Shown piece by piece: positions 20,278 through 29,379 of a DNA stretch of 64,000 nt (positions are counted from its first letter, which is position 1; each line of letters begins with the position of its first letter). Below the pieces are notes generated by a model. The model was not told the origin of the DNA, searched no databases, and saw only the letters and a program-made list of their open reading frames with translations. The position numbers and the translations under genes are program-made. The DNA lies in assembly GCA_965249285.1 (NCBI GenBank), contig OZ252226.1:1256068-1320067 (forward strand), written 5' to 3'. The stretch comes from Candidatus Foliamicus sp. (GTDB taxonomy: Bacteria > Pseudomonadota > Gammaproteobacteria > Steroidobacterales > Foliamicaceae).

Positions 20278-21112
20278 CGGCAAGATCCAGCAGTTCCCTG
20301 GCGTCGGCCTTGGCAAGATTGTTGAAGAGGGTAAGCCGCGGCTGCTCGGTGTCGGCGCTCAGCACTTCTTCAAGCAGCCTGTCGTGCAACTCCCGATCGC
20401 CCAGCAGGCGTGCACAGCTGCGGGCATATTCAACCTGCACGCTCAGGTCCCTGCGCCCGGTAAGGCGCAAGGCTTCCTCAAAATTCCGCGTGCCTGCTTC
20501 CGGATCGCCGCCCAGGGCAGCCGGACGGAGGCATTGCAGGTTACCTATATACATGTGGGCGCGACCCCGGAGATCCGCGGATGCAGCGGCAAGCAGGCGC
20601 TGCAGCGCCAGTTGCAGCCGCGGCAGCTGCGCCAGTGCATCGTAATCGGCGCGGGCCTGGATCCAGGCCAGGTAGCCTATGACGTAATCGTATAAAGCCT
20701 GCATTTTTGCGTCGGGAATTTCGCCGATTCGGACTTCGTATTCGTCAAAATTCAGCTTCTCCAGCCCGCAGGAGGCGCGATCTGCGGCGCACAGGGCTCT
20801 CTTGCCGTAACCGTAGGCCCGCTCGGTCAATTTGCGGGACCGCTCAGGGTCGTTGACGAACACGACGCCGTAAGCCGCGTAGAGCTGAGCCGCGGAACCC
20901 AGCACGGACGGACTTGCGTCCTCGTCCGCCAGACTGTCGATCAGGATCAGCAGCGTGGGCACGGCTTCCCGGACCAGTTCCGGATCGTCGTGCCCGAGAA
21001 CCGCATCGCCCAGCTGTTCGGCAAGAGCGCCTGTGGCGGATTGGATCAGTGAACCGCAGCCCGCCAGGCCTATTGCCGCAAAGGCAAGCGCTAGCAGTCG
21101 GCCGGGCCTCAC
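20264..21112 (-). CDS. TatT-type TPR lipoprotein (T component of a TPR-protein-associated TRAP transporter)
   Basis: Lipobox [10 protein letters not shown], about 280 aa, helical and TPR-like, directly upstream of dctPQM. Its GTG start overlaps the rplS stop as GTGA. Confidence 0.7.
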   Translation of the reverse strand: MRPGRLLALAFAAIGLAGCGSLIQSATGALAEQLGDAVLGHDDPELVREAVPTLLILIDSLADEDASPSVLGSAAQLYAAYGVVFVNDPERSRKLTERAYGYGKRALCAADRASCGLEKLNFDEYEVRIGEIPDAKMQALYDYVIGYLAWIQARADYDALAQLPRLQLALQRLLAAASADLRGRAHMYIGNLQCLRPAALGGDPEAGTRNFEEALRLTGRRDLSVQVEYARSCARLLGDRELHDRLLEEVLSADTEQPRLTLFNNLAKADARELLDLADDYF

Positions 21113-21453
21113 AGCTTTTCGCGAATCCTCGCGCTCCGTCCGCGACGCTGCCGGAGGTAATAGAGCTTGGCGCGCCGCACGTCGCCTCGGCGCTTGACTG
21201 TTACTCCGGCGATCATCGGACTGTGGGTCTGAAACACCCGCTCAACCCCTTCTCCGTGTGAAATCTTGCGCACGGTGAACGACGAATTGAGGCCGCGGTT
21301 GCGCTTGGCGATCACGACGCCCTCGAAGGCCTGCAAACGCTGGCGCTGACCCTCGCGTACCCGTACCTGCACGATTACCGTGTCTCCCGGTGAAAACTCC
21401 GGAAGGTCCGTGCGAAGCTGCTCCGCTTCCAATTGTTCAATGATGTTGCTCAT
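21109..21453 (-). CDS. rplS: 50S ribosomal protein L19
   Basis: [13 protein letters not shown]...[16 protein letters not shown], ending in RRAKLYYLR. Confidence 0.95.
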   Translation of the reverse strand: MSNIIEQLEAEQLRTDLPEFSPGDTVIVQVRVREGQRQRLQAFEGVVIAKRNRGLNSSFTVRKISHGEGVERVFQTHSPMIAGVTVKRRGDVRRAKLYYLRQRRGRSARIREKL

Positions 21454-21470
21454 CGTTCGCATCTCGTATT

Positions 21471-22256
21471 TTAATGTTCCGTGGGGTCCCTGGTAACACC
21501 CGCCTCGGGCCCGCATGCGCTGCCCGATTCGGCCTGGAATTCCTCCAGAAGACTGCTTTCCTGTTCGTTCAGGCGCCGCCCGCTCAACAATTCCGGCCGG
21601 CGCATCCAGGTCCGCCCCAATGACTGCTTGAGCCGCCAGGTGCGTACCTGATCATGATTGCCGCCCAGAAGAACCTCGGGCGCCGCCCGGCCTTCCACTA
21701 CCGAGGGCCGAGTGTACTGCGGAAAATCCAGAAGGCCAGAGGAAAATGAATCTTCCTCGGCCGAACGCTCGTCCCCAAGCGCCCCGGGCAGCAGACGCAC
21801 CACCGCATCAATAACGACGCACGCGGCCAATTCACCACCGCTTAAGACAAAGTCACCCAGCGACAACTCCTGATCCGCTTCCATTTCCACCGTCCGCTCG
21901 TCGAAACCCTCGTAACGTCCCGCTACCAGCAGCAGGCCGGGTGCGGCCGCCATTTCCCGAGCGCGCTGCTGGGTAAAGCGCTCGCCCTGGGGGGTAAGAA
22001 AGATGACCGGAGTGCCCTCAGGCGCCTTGGCGCGGGCGGCCCTCACCGCCGCCAGCAACGGCTCGGGCCTGAGAACCATACCGGGGCCGCCGCCGTACGG
22101 GCGGTCATCCACGCTTCGATGCGGCCCGCCGGCGAAGTCGCGCGGGTTCACGCACCGAAGCGAAGCCACGCCGGATTCCAGCGCGCGCCCGCAAACGCCT
22201 CTCTTGAACGCATCAAGGACCATTTCGGGGTGTAGGCACACGGTGATGATATGCAT
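21471..22256 (-). CDS. trmD: tRNA (guanine37-N1)-methyltransferase
   Basis: Contains [13 protein letters not shown] and [14 protein letters not shown]. The start at MHIITV overlaps the rimM stop. Confidence 0.93.
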   Translation of the reverse strand: MHIITVCLHPEMVLDAFKRGVCGRALESGVASLRCVNPRDFAGGPHRSVDDRPYGGGPGMVLRPEPLLAAVRAARAKAPEGTPVIFLTPQGERFTQQRAREMAAAPGLLLVAGRYEGFDERTVEMEADQELSLGDFVLSGGELAACVVIDAVVRLLPGALGDERSAEEDSFSSGLLDFPQYTRPSVVEGRAAPEVLLGGNHDQVRTWRLKQSLGRTWMRRPELLSGRRLNEQESSLLEEFQAESGSACGPEAGVTRDPTEH

Positions 22257-22258
22257 GG

Positions 22259-22828
22259 CTAATCCGCCGCGTCCCAATCCACAACCAGACGGCGATCGGC
22301 GAGATTGACCTCCCGCACCCGGCTGCCGGGCAGGAACGGGATCAGCCGCCGCCGGTCCCCCTCGACGATCAGCACATCGTTGGCCCCTGTGGCCATCAGA
22401 CCGTTGACGGCGCCCAGGTGCTGGCCGGCAAGATTGCTCACTTCCAGGCCTTCGAGGTCAGCCCAATACCATTCATCCTTCCCGGCCGGCGGCAGGGCGG
22501 CGCGATTCACATGGATTGCCGCCCCGTTGAGGGCCTCCGCCGCTTCCCGGGTTTCGATGTCCTCAAGCCGGCATGCAAACCCATTGCCGGCCGTGCGAAG
22601 GCTCCGCAAAGTCACTTCTTTGTGCTGATCATTCACCAGGAGGGTCCAGTGACGGTAATTCTGCAGTTGCTCCGGGGGGTCGGCGTAGGACACCACCCGC
22701 AGCCAGCCCGCCAGTCCGTGAGCCGCGCCGAGGCGGCCCATGGGAATCAATGTCGCTTCGCGGGAAGCGTCGTCCGGCTGCTTCGGTTCAGCCGGAGTCC
22801 TTGTCGGTTTGAGTGGCGTTTTCGCCAT
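22259..22828 (-). CDS. rimM: 16S rRNA processing protein RimM
   Basis: Contains [18 protein letters not shown] and a PRC-barrel C-terminus. The start is uncertain. ATG 22828 overlaps the extended rpsP tail by 41 nt, and ATG 22741 would cut into the conserved N-terminus. Confidence 0.8.
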   Translation of the reverse strand: MAKTPLKPTRTPAEPKQPDDASREATLIPMGRLGAAHGLAGWLRVVSYADPPEQLQNYRHWTLLVNDQHKEVTLRSLRTAGNGFACRLEDIETREAAEALNGAAIHVNRAALPPAGKDEWYWADLEGLEVSNLAGQHLGAVNGLMATGANDVLIVEGDRRRLIPFLPGSRVREVNLADRRLVVDWDAAD

Positions 22829-23636
22829 TTTCCTGTCCGCCGTCGTCGGCTGGCGTGGCCTCATCAGTTGCCTCATCTGCCGTAGTGGCGGCCTCTACCT
22901 CTGCTTCTTCGGTACCTGCTTCTTCCGAGGCGGCGACCTCTGCCTCAGCTTTCTGCCCTTGTGCTCCTCCCTCGGCGGCAGCTTCCTCCACTGCCTCGGG
23001 AGCGGCAGCTTTCGCTGTCTCAGCCTCTACTTCTTTTGCAGCGTCTTCCTCGGATACTGCTTCCTCTGCCGGATCTGCCTCCTTGGCCGGAGCTGCCTCC
23101 TTGGCCGGAGCTGCCTCCTTGGCCGGAGCTGCCTCCTTGGCTGGAGCTGCTTCCTTGGCCGGAGCTGCCTCCTTGGCCGGAGCTGCTTCCTTGGCCGGAG
23201 CTGCCTCCTTGGCCGGAGCTGCTTCCTTGGCCGGAGCTGCTTCCTTGGCCGGAGCTGCCTCCTTGGCCGGAGCTGCCTCCTTGGCCGGAGCTGCTTCCTT
23301 GGCCGGAGCTGCTTCCTCTGCCGGAGCCGCTTCCTCGGTGACTGAGGCCGCCTCAGTAACAACTTCCTGCGGCGCCTCGGCAATCGCACTGCCTTCTATG
23401 CGGCGGCGGCGAATCAATTGCCGCACCCGCTCCGAAGGCTGGGCACCCTGCCCCAACCAGTAATCGACGCGGTCCAGCGATAGTTGCAGGGGCTGCTCGC
23501 CACCGGTCGCGATCGGGTTGTAGAAACCGAGGCGCTCGAGAAACCGCCCGTTGCGCTTATTGCGCCGGTCGGTTACCACGATGTGATAAAAGGGTCGTTT
23601 CTTGGCCCCGTGACGGGATAGCCGTATGCCTACCAT
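22788..23636 (-). CDS. rpsP: 30S ribosomal protein S16 with a low-complexity C-terminal extension of about 200 aa
   Basis: The N-terminal 80 aa are canonical ([41 protein letters not shown]). After that the frame stays open through an E/A/P/K-rich tail, giving 282 aa in total. Confidence 0.85.
   Translation of the reverse strand: MVGIRLSRHGAKKRPFYHIVVTDRRNKRNGRFLERLGFYNPIATGGEQPLQLSLDRVDYWLGQGAQPSERVRQLIRRRRIEGSAIAEAPQEVVTEAASVTEEAAPAEEAAPAKEAAPAKEAAPAKEAAPAKEAAPAKEAAPAKEAAPAKEAAPAKEAAPAKEAAPAKEAAPAKEAAPAKEAAPAKEADPAEEAVSEEDAAKEVEAETAKAAAPEAVEEAAAEGGAQGQKAEAEVAASEEAGTEEAEVEAATTADEATDEATPADDGGQENGENATQTDKDSG
23067..23336. repeat. 15 tandem 18-bp repeats (ggccggagctgc[c/t]tcctt) inside rpsP
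   Basis: Direct reading of the sequence. The repeats encode (K/E)EAAPA hexapeptides on the minus strand. The main inter-unit variation is c/t at one position, which is synonymous (GAG/GAA). Confidence 0.95.
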
Positions 23637-23881
23637 GGAAAGTGGTCCCGCGGCAGCGCCGCTCGCTTATAAACCGACGCATTGTAGCAAAATTCCGGGC
23701 GCCACCGGTACTTAAGACGCGTCCTACTACGGACATGAGCCTGAGCACAGAGAGCGAGATTAGGCAAGTTAGTGCGAACCGAGGTGGTCCGCGGGATGAC
23801 AGGCGCTGATGGTGCTGGAACGGTGAAAAAAGATGCGAAGATAGTTGAAAACATATTCCTAATACTTATACTATTGCCGTC

Positions 23882-24085
23882 ATGAAAACGACAATTGATA
23901 TTCCTGATCGCGAGTTGCGGGAAGCTATGCGATTTACCGGTGCAAAAACCAAGCGCGGGGCCGTTGTGGGCGCACTTTCGGAATTCAACCGCCACAAACG
24001 CATGGCGGAACTCATCAAGTACTCGGGCACATGCCGGGAACTGATTAGGCCCGAACAGCTTTATTCCTTGCGGCGCAGGGGTTAA
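23882..24085 (+). CDS. vapB: Type II antitoxin, VapB-like (DUF2191-type)
   Basis: 67 aa starting MKTTIDIPDRELREAMRFTGAKTKRGAV. It lies immediately upstream of a PIN-domain gene. Confidence 0.75.
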   Translation: MKTTIDIPDRELREAMRFTGAKTKRGAVVGALSEFNRHKRMAELIKYSGTCRELIRPEQLYSLRRRG

Positions 24086-24089
24086 CTCT

Positions 24090-24458
24090 TTGATTCTCAT
24101 CGATACATCGTCCTGGATTCACATGCTTCGCCAGGATGGCGACCCGTCGGTCCGCGCTCGCGTTGAAACAGCGTTGACCGTTGGCGAAGCATGCTGGTGC
24201 CCGCTAATTCAGTTGGAGTTATGGAATGGAGCGCGGGGTGAGCGCGAGAAGAAGGCGTTGCGCGACATGGGCAATGCACTCGCCGAACTTCCCATCAACG
24301 AGGAAGTCTGGCGCATGGCGTACGATCTTGCCCAACGGGCCCGCGCGCAAGGAATTACTGTGCCGGCAACGGATTTGGTAATCGCAGCTTGCGCCCGTTG
24401 CCACGGCGCCCACCTGGAAACCGCCGACCAGGACTTCCGCCTCCTGGCATCCGTTTAG
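24090..24458 (+). CDS. vapC: Type II toxin, PIN-domain ribonuclease VapC
   Basis: 122 aa with a TTG start. ILIDTSSWI supplies the first PIN acidic residue. LWNGARGE, ATDLVIAACA and LETADQDF are further PIN-like motifs. Confidence 0.8.
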   Translation: MILIDTSSWIHMLRQDGDPSVRARVETALTVGEACWCPLIQLELWNGARGEREKKALRDMGNALAELPINEEVWRMAYDLAQRARAQGITVPATDLVIAACARCHGAHLETADQDFRLLASV

Positions 24459-24590
24459 CAGTCAAGTCCGTCGGTCAATGCCTGGATGACAGGCTGGCGC
24501 GTCAATCCTTACCGGCGCCCGCAAAACAAATGGGTTTTTGCCGCTGCCTCTTCGGAGCAAGGGTGTCCAAGATAGCGGCGCCAATTCTCT

Positions 24591-27500
24591 TCAGGCGCGA
24601 CCCAACCTCGGAGTGAACCGCGCCGTGTGCGGCGCCGCGGCTGGGGCGGGGCCCAGGGAACCGAGCAGATCCGACAGGTTTTCCATGCGGCGGGCCACAA
24701 GGTGAATGACGTCGTTCTCGCGCTGCACCTCGCCGCGAACGCCCAGTAGCACGGATGACATCAGGGTGTCGCGATAGCGCTGGAACACACCGAGCCAGGT
24801 CACCACGTTCACCACGCCGGTCTCATCCTCCAGGGTGAGAAACACGACCCCCTCGGCACTCTGGGGCGCCTGCCGGACCAGGACCAAGCCGGCGGCGGCG
24901 CACAATTCTCCGGCCGCGGCTTCGGCAATCATTGCCGCGGTCCAGTATCCCACTGCGCTCAGTTGCGCCCGTGCAAACGCCAGCGGGTGGCCCTTGAGAC
25001 TCAAGCCCAGCGCGCCGTAGTCCCGCAGGACCCGCTCGCCCGGCGGTTCTTCCGGCAGCGGCGCGGGCTGCTCGCCGGGCAATTCGTCCAGGCCCACCGA
25101 CGAAAACAGCGGCAAGGGCCGTCCTACCGGCAAGCGCTCCACTTCCCAAAGGGCGCGCCGCCCTGCAAGTCCCATGGACGCGAAAGCATCGGCCCGCGCA
25201 AGACAGCGCAATGCGCCCTTATCAAGCAGGGAGCGGCGCCGCAAGGTGGGAATGTCGGCGTATCCAGCCTCCCTCTCGCGTACCAGGCGTTGCGCCGCAG
25301 CCGAGCTCAAGCCGCGCACTTGCCGTAACCCGAGGCGCACCGCAAGCCTGCCGTCGCCATCCGGGGCCAGGATCGAGTCCACGTCGCTCTCATTCACGTC
25401 CACCGGCATCACTCCGACGCCGTGATCGCAAGCATCACGGACAATCTGCGCGGGTGCATAAAAGCCCATCGGCTGGCTGTTGAGCAGGGCGCAGGCGAAC
25501 ACCTCCGGGTAGTGATGCTTGAACCACGCCGAGGCATAGACCAGGATCGCAAACGATGCCGCATGGCTCTCGGGGAAACCGTATTCTCCGAATCCCTCAA
25601 TCTGGCTGAAGCAGCGTTCCGCGAACTCCAGGGTATAACCACGCTCCTTCATTCCGTCGACAAACTTGTCGCGAAACTCCTTCACCGTGCCGGCATGCCG
25701 GAAGGTTGCCATGGAGCGGCGCAGGGCATCCGCCTGCGCCGGGGTAAAACCGGCCGCCACCACGGCAATCCGCATGGCCTGTTCCTGAAACAGCGGCACG
25801 CCCAGGGTATTGGCCAGAACCCGGCGCAATTCCTCCGATGGGTAGGAAACCGGCTCCTTGCCGTGCCTGCGGCGCAGATAGGGATGCACCATGCCACCCT
25901 GGATCGGGCCCGGGCGCACGATGGCTACCTCGATCACCAGGTCGTAGAAGCAACGCGGCCGCATGCGTGGCAGAAAGCTCATCTGGGCCCGGCTTTCCAC
26001 CTGAAAAACCCCAACCGAGTCGGCCCGGCAAAGCATGTCGTAGACGCCCGGATCCTCCGCCGGTATCGCCGCCAGCGTCAGCTGCCGGTCATAGTGCCGC
26101 TGCAACAGTTTCAGACACTTCCTGAGGCAGGTCAGCATGCCCAGGGCCAAAACGTCCACCTTGAGCATTCCCAGGTCGTCGAGGTCGTTCTTGTCCCATT
26201 CGATCATGGTGCGACCGGCCATCGCCGCATTCGAGATAGGGGCCACTTCATCCAGCCGGCCGCTGGTCAACACCATGCCGCCCGGGTGCTGCGAGAGGTG
26301 CCGCGGGAACCCCACCAGTTCCCCGGCCAGTTTGATTGTTGCGCGCAGCCGCGGGTGCTCCGGGTCCAGGCCCAGGGCCCGCAAGCGGGCTTCGTCCGGC
26401 CAACCGCCTTCGCGCCCCCAGATGCGGCCGGCCAGCGCATCCAGGGTTGCGTGCGGCAAACCCAGCGCCTTGCCGGCTTCGCGCAAGGCGCTACGCGGCC
26501 GGTAGTGAATGACCGTGGCGGTCATTCCCGCGCGCTCGCGGCCGTAGCGCCGATACAGGTATTGAATGACCTCTTCGCGCCGCTCATGTTCGAAGTCGAC
26601 GTCAATGTCCGGGGGTTCTCCGCGATCGCTGGAAATGAAGCGCTCGAACAGCAGGTCGATTTTTTCCGGATCCACGGCGGTAATGCCGAGGCAGTAACAC
26701 ACTGCCGAATTGGCCGCGCTGCCCCGGCCCTGGCAAAGGATTCCTTCTTTCCTGGCGTGACGCACCAAGTCGTAGATGGTCAGGAAATACGGCGCGTAAT
26801 CCAGCTCACAAATCAATTCGAGTTCATGTGTGACCATCTTCCGCACCCGCGTGGGCACGCCCTGGGGATAGCGTTTTGCCGCCAACTCCCAGGTCAAATG
26901 CTCCAGCCAAAGCTGGCGCGTATAGCCTTCGGGCGCCTGTTCGTCGGGATATTCGTAACGCAGCTCGTCGAGGCTGAAACTGCATTCTGCCGACAACTCC
27001 ACGCTCCGGGCCACCGCATGCTCATATCCCTCGTACAAGCGGAACATTTCAGCGGCGCCGCGCAGATGCCGCTCGGCATTGGCCTTGAGCCGGAATCCCG
27101 CGCTATCAATCGTTACGCCTTCTCGCACGCACACCAGCGTGTCGGCGATCGGTTTGCGCTCCGGCACATGCATCCAGGCATCCGCTACCGCCACCATGGG
27201 CATGGACCATTCCTTCGCCAGCCCTTCAAGCCGCTTCAGCCGGCGGGCGTCCCCGCCGTCAAACCACAGCGACGCAGCCAGGCCCACCCGGTCGGCGCCG
27301 GCGTTGGTAAGGCGAAGCAAATCGGCGACTTCGGTTGGATTCGGGGGCGGGACTACCAGCAACACCTGCCCTTCGGCATGCGCGCACAGTTCCGTCAGGC
27401 TGAAGTCGCATTGACCCTTGGCGGCACGGCGCTTGCCCAGCGTCAGCAGGCGGCAGAGCCTTCCCCAAGCGGCACGGTCGCGCGGGTAGCAAATGACGTC

Positions 27501-27725
27501 CGGGCCATCACGCGGCTGCAGACGCGCGCCGGGCAGAAATCGGATTCCCGCTTCACGCGCTGCGGAATGGGCCCGCACCACCCCGGAGACGCTGTTGCAA
27601 TCAGCCAGCCCGATCGCTTCAAGCCCCAGTTCCGCGGCCCGCGAGATTATTTCCCGCGGGTGCGAGGCGCCGCGAAGAAAGGAGTAGTTGCTCGCCGCCG
27701 CCAGCTCGGCATAGGCAGGTTTCAT
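24591..27725 (-). CDS. dnaE2: Error-prone DNA polymerase III alpha-like subunit DnaE2 (ImuC)
   Basis: 1044 aa. PHP domain start YAELAAASNYSFLRGASHP, then a PolIIIA core (GRGSAANSAVCYCLGIT, DIDVDFEHERREEV). It lies downstream of imuA-imuB. Confidence 0.93.
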   Translation of the reverse strand: MKPAYAELAAASNYSFLRGASHPREIISRAAELGLEAIGLADCNSVSGVVRAHSAAREAGIRFLPGARLQPRDGPDVICYPRDRAAWGRLCRLLTLGKRRAAKGQCDFSLTELCAHAEGQVLLVVPPPNPTEVADLLRLTNAGADRVGLAASLWFDGGDARRLKRLEGLAKEWSMPMVAVADAWMHVPERKPIADTLVCVREGVTIDSAGFRLKANAERHLRGAAEMFRLYEGYEHAVARSVELSAECSFSLDELRYEYPDEQAPEGYTRQLWLEHLTWELAAKRYPQGVPTRVRKMVTHELELICELDYAPYFLTIYDLVRHARKEGILCQGRGSAANSAVCYCLGITAVDPEKIDLLFERFISSDRGEPPDIDVDFEHERREEVIQYLYRRYGRERAGMTATVIHYRPRSALREAGKALGLPHATLDALAGRIWGREGGWPDEARLRALGLDPEHPRLRATIKLAGELVGFPRHLSQHPGGMVLTSGRLDEVAPISNAAMAGRTMIEWDKNDLDDLGMLKVDVLALGMLTCLRKCLKLLQRHYDRQLTLAAIPAEDPGVYDMLCRADSVGVFQVESRAQMSFLPRMRPRCFYDLVIEVAIVRPGPIQGGMVHPYLRRRHGKEPVSYPSEELRRVLANTLGVPLFQEQAMRIAVVAAGFTPAQADALRRSMATFRHAGTVKEFRDKFVDGMKERGYTLEFAERCFSQIEGFGEYGFPESHAASFAILVYASAWFKHHYPEVFACALLNSQPMGFYAPAQIVRDACDHGVGVMPVDVNESDVDSILAPDGDGRLAVRLGLRQVRGLSSAAAQRLVREREAGYADIPTLRRRSLLDKGALRCLARADAFASMGLAGRRALWEVERLPVGRPLPLFSSVGLDELPGEQPAPLPEEPPGERVLRDYGALGLSLKGHPLAFARAQLSAVGYWTAAMIAEAAAGELCAAAGLVLVRQAPQSAEGVVFLTLEDETGVVNVVTWLGVFQRYRDTLMSSVLLGVRGEVQRENDVIHLVARRMENLSDLLGSLGPAPAAAPHTARFTPRLGRA

Positions 27726-27727
27726 TG

Positions 27728-27992
27728 GGGCCTGTTACCACTATGGGAAGCCGCTCTGCCGGGTCTATTTTTTTGTCCGGCAAGGCACCGCGAGCGCCGT
27801 GTGGCCGGCCCACATAAGCGAGCGGCAACACCGCCGGGCGGAAAAATAGACCCGGCCCTGTGGGTTGAGTCTGTTACGGCGCCACTCATCGTTACTCGTC
27901 GCTCATTTGGAATCACCAAACCGCGCTCCTCGCGCCTTGATTGGCGCCGTAACAGATTCAACAGAGCGGCTTCCCATAGTGGTAACAGGCCC
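27728..27992. repeat. 265-bp nested palindromic element (MITE-like or structured RNA) filling the imuB-dnaE2 gap
   Basis: Perfect 31-bp inverted repeat gggcctgttaccactatgggaagccgctctg (27728-27758) pairs with 27962-27992. There are two internal 14-bp stems, 27759-27772/27842-27855 and 27870-27883/27942-27955. Confidence 0.8.
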
Positions 27993-28005
27993 GAGTTAAG
28001 GCGAA

Positions 28006-29379
28006 TCAGGCGGCCAGCGCCTGCACGTGCCAGCGGAGGGACTCGTCACCGGGCCGCTGCTTGCAGTACAGATAGAAGCACCGGCCGCGGTCATCCTCCA
28101 CCAGCCAGTATTCCCGGCCACCTCGCTCGTCGCCAAGCCACCATTCCGGCAATATCCGACTGGGGCCCTGCGCGCGTACCAGTGAGTAGCGGTTGCGCCG
28201 CCAGCGTATCCAGGCCGGCGGGCCAGCCGCCGCCGTGGCGGCCGCATCCACAGGCTCGGCGTCCAGCAACAATAGCGGAGCGCGCAACGCCTTCTCATGC
28301 TGCTCAAAGAGAAGTTCCGTGGGCCGGTAATCCAGTGCTGATACAAGGCGCCACCGCCGCTCGGGCAAATGGCTGGCTTCCGGCACGGGCATCCGAACCG
28401 CTTCGGGACCCAGGCGGCCGCAAAGTCGATCCACCAGGCGGGCGAAATCACCCTTGAGGTTTCCCGAGGAAGCACCCGAAAGCCAATCCGCCTGTTCGGC
28501 AACCACGGCCTCGGTGTCGTATGCAAGCAGGCTGACGGCGTCGAAACCCACCCCGCGATCCGTTTCCGGCCCGTTCGCCTGCAACTTTTCATCCAACAGC
28601 TCCGCGAGTTGCGGCGCCGGCTGAATGAGCCGCGCGGTGCGTAAGCCGTGCCTTATACATTGGCTGTCCGAACGATGCAGTCGCAGTTCGAAACGGCGTG
28701 AACCCACGCCCGCGGCGGACAATTGATCGCAAAGCTGAACAGTCAACTCGACAATCGCCGCCTGCAGCGGCTGCTTAAGCACGACGGGGCTTTCAAATTC
28801 CAACCGCGCCTTGAATTCCTGAGGCGGCGGCAGGTAGTCCAGGGGCTCGGGAGCGAGACCTGCCGCCTGCTGCAGGCGCACCGCCGTCTCGGCGCCGAAC
28901 CGGACCTGAAGGGATTCCGGCGGAACCCGTCCCAGGGCGCCGATCGTGTCCAGGCCCAGTTCCCGCAGGGTAGCGCAAATGTCCGCATCGAGCCGTAGTG
29001 TTTCGACCGGCCAGGCGCTCATGGACTTGAGGCCGGCGCCCGGCGGCAGAATGGTCACAGGCTCGGAAGCGGCGCGCGCACCGGCCCAGGCGGCGGCGGG
29101 AGTGTCGGCCAGGAACACTCGGGCCGGCTCGCCGCTGCGTTCCAACTCGGCCAGCACCTCCTCAAGCAGCCTGCCTTCGCCGCCGAACAGGCCGATGGAA
29201 CCGGAAACATCCAGGAAAAGACCGTCCGGGGGCGCAAGCGCAATTCTGGGCGTAAAACGCCAGCACGCATGCGCCCGGCGCAGAAGGCGCTCTGCGCGCA
29301 GCCGCCCCGCCGATTCAGCCGGCGGCGCGGACGGTGCTCGCTTCAGCAGGCGATGCAGCCATACGCAAGCGATTCTCAT
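28006..29379 (-). CDS. imuB: ImuB, Y-family-polymerase-like protein of the mutasome
   Basis: Located between imuA and dnaE2. Start taken at MRIACVWLHRLL. The track ORF extends further, to 29433. Confidence 0.8.
   Translation of the reverse strand: MRIACVWLHRLLKRAPSAPPAESAGRLRAERLLRRAHACWRFTPRIALAPPDGLFLDVSGSIGLFGGEGRLLEEVLAELERSGEPARVFLADTPAAAWAGARAASEPVTILPPGAGLKSMSAWPVETLRLDADICATLRELGLDTIGALGRVPPESLQVRFGAETAVRLQQAAGLAPEPLDYLPPPQEFKARLEFESPVVLKQPLQAAIVELTVQLCDQLSAAGVGSRRFELRLHRSDSQCIRHGLRTARLIQPAPQLAELLDEKLQANGPETDRGVGFDAVSLLAYDTEAVVAEQADWLSGASSGNLKGDFARLVDRLCGRLGPEAVRMPVPEASHLPERRWRLVSALDYRPTELLFEQHEKALRAPLLLLDAEPVDAAATAAAGPPAWIRWRRNRYSLVRAQGPSRILPEWWLGDERGGREYWLVEDDRGRCFYLYCKQRPGDESLRWHVQALAA

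Noticed and set aside
22740-23463. Several repeat-filled ORFs (22740-23345+, 22813-23463+, 22961-23341+, 23027-23389-) that could look like a repeat-protein gene, and an array that could be mistaken for CRISPR.
   Set aside because: They are alternative-frame readings of the 18-bp tandem array inside rpsP. The units are contiguous with no spacers, so this is not a CRISPR array. The only frame continuous with a real domain is the S16 frame.
27726-28005. Target-site duplication flanking the 265-bp palindromic element, which would prove it is a MITE.
   Set aside because: The flanks (..cattg | gagtt..) show no direct repeat that I can see, so mobility is left as a hypothesis rather than a call.
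25422-28457. 1011-aa plus-strand ORF, together with other very long ORFs antisense to known genes: 731-2053(-), 17666-18796(+), 35151-36137(+), 35645-36667(+), 38377-39660(+), 49500-50762(-), 49672-51180(-) and 31220-32506(+).
   Set aside because: They lie opposite strongly recognisable genes (dnaE2, sufB, dctM, ftsH, rlmE/greA, recN and others). Their composition is Arg/Ala/Gly/Pro-rich and low in complexity, typical of stop-poor shadow frames in high-GC DNA. No motifs were recognised.
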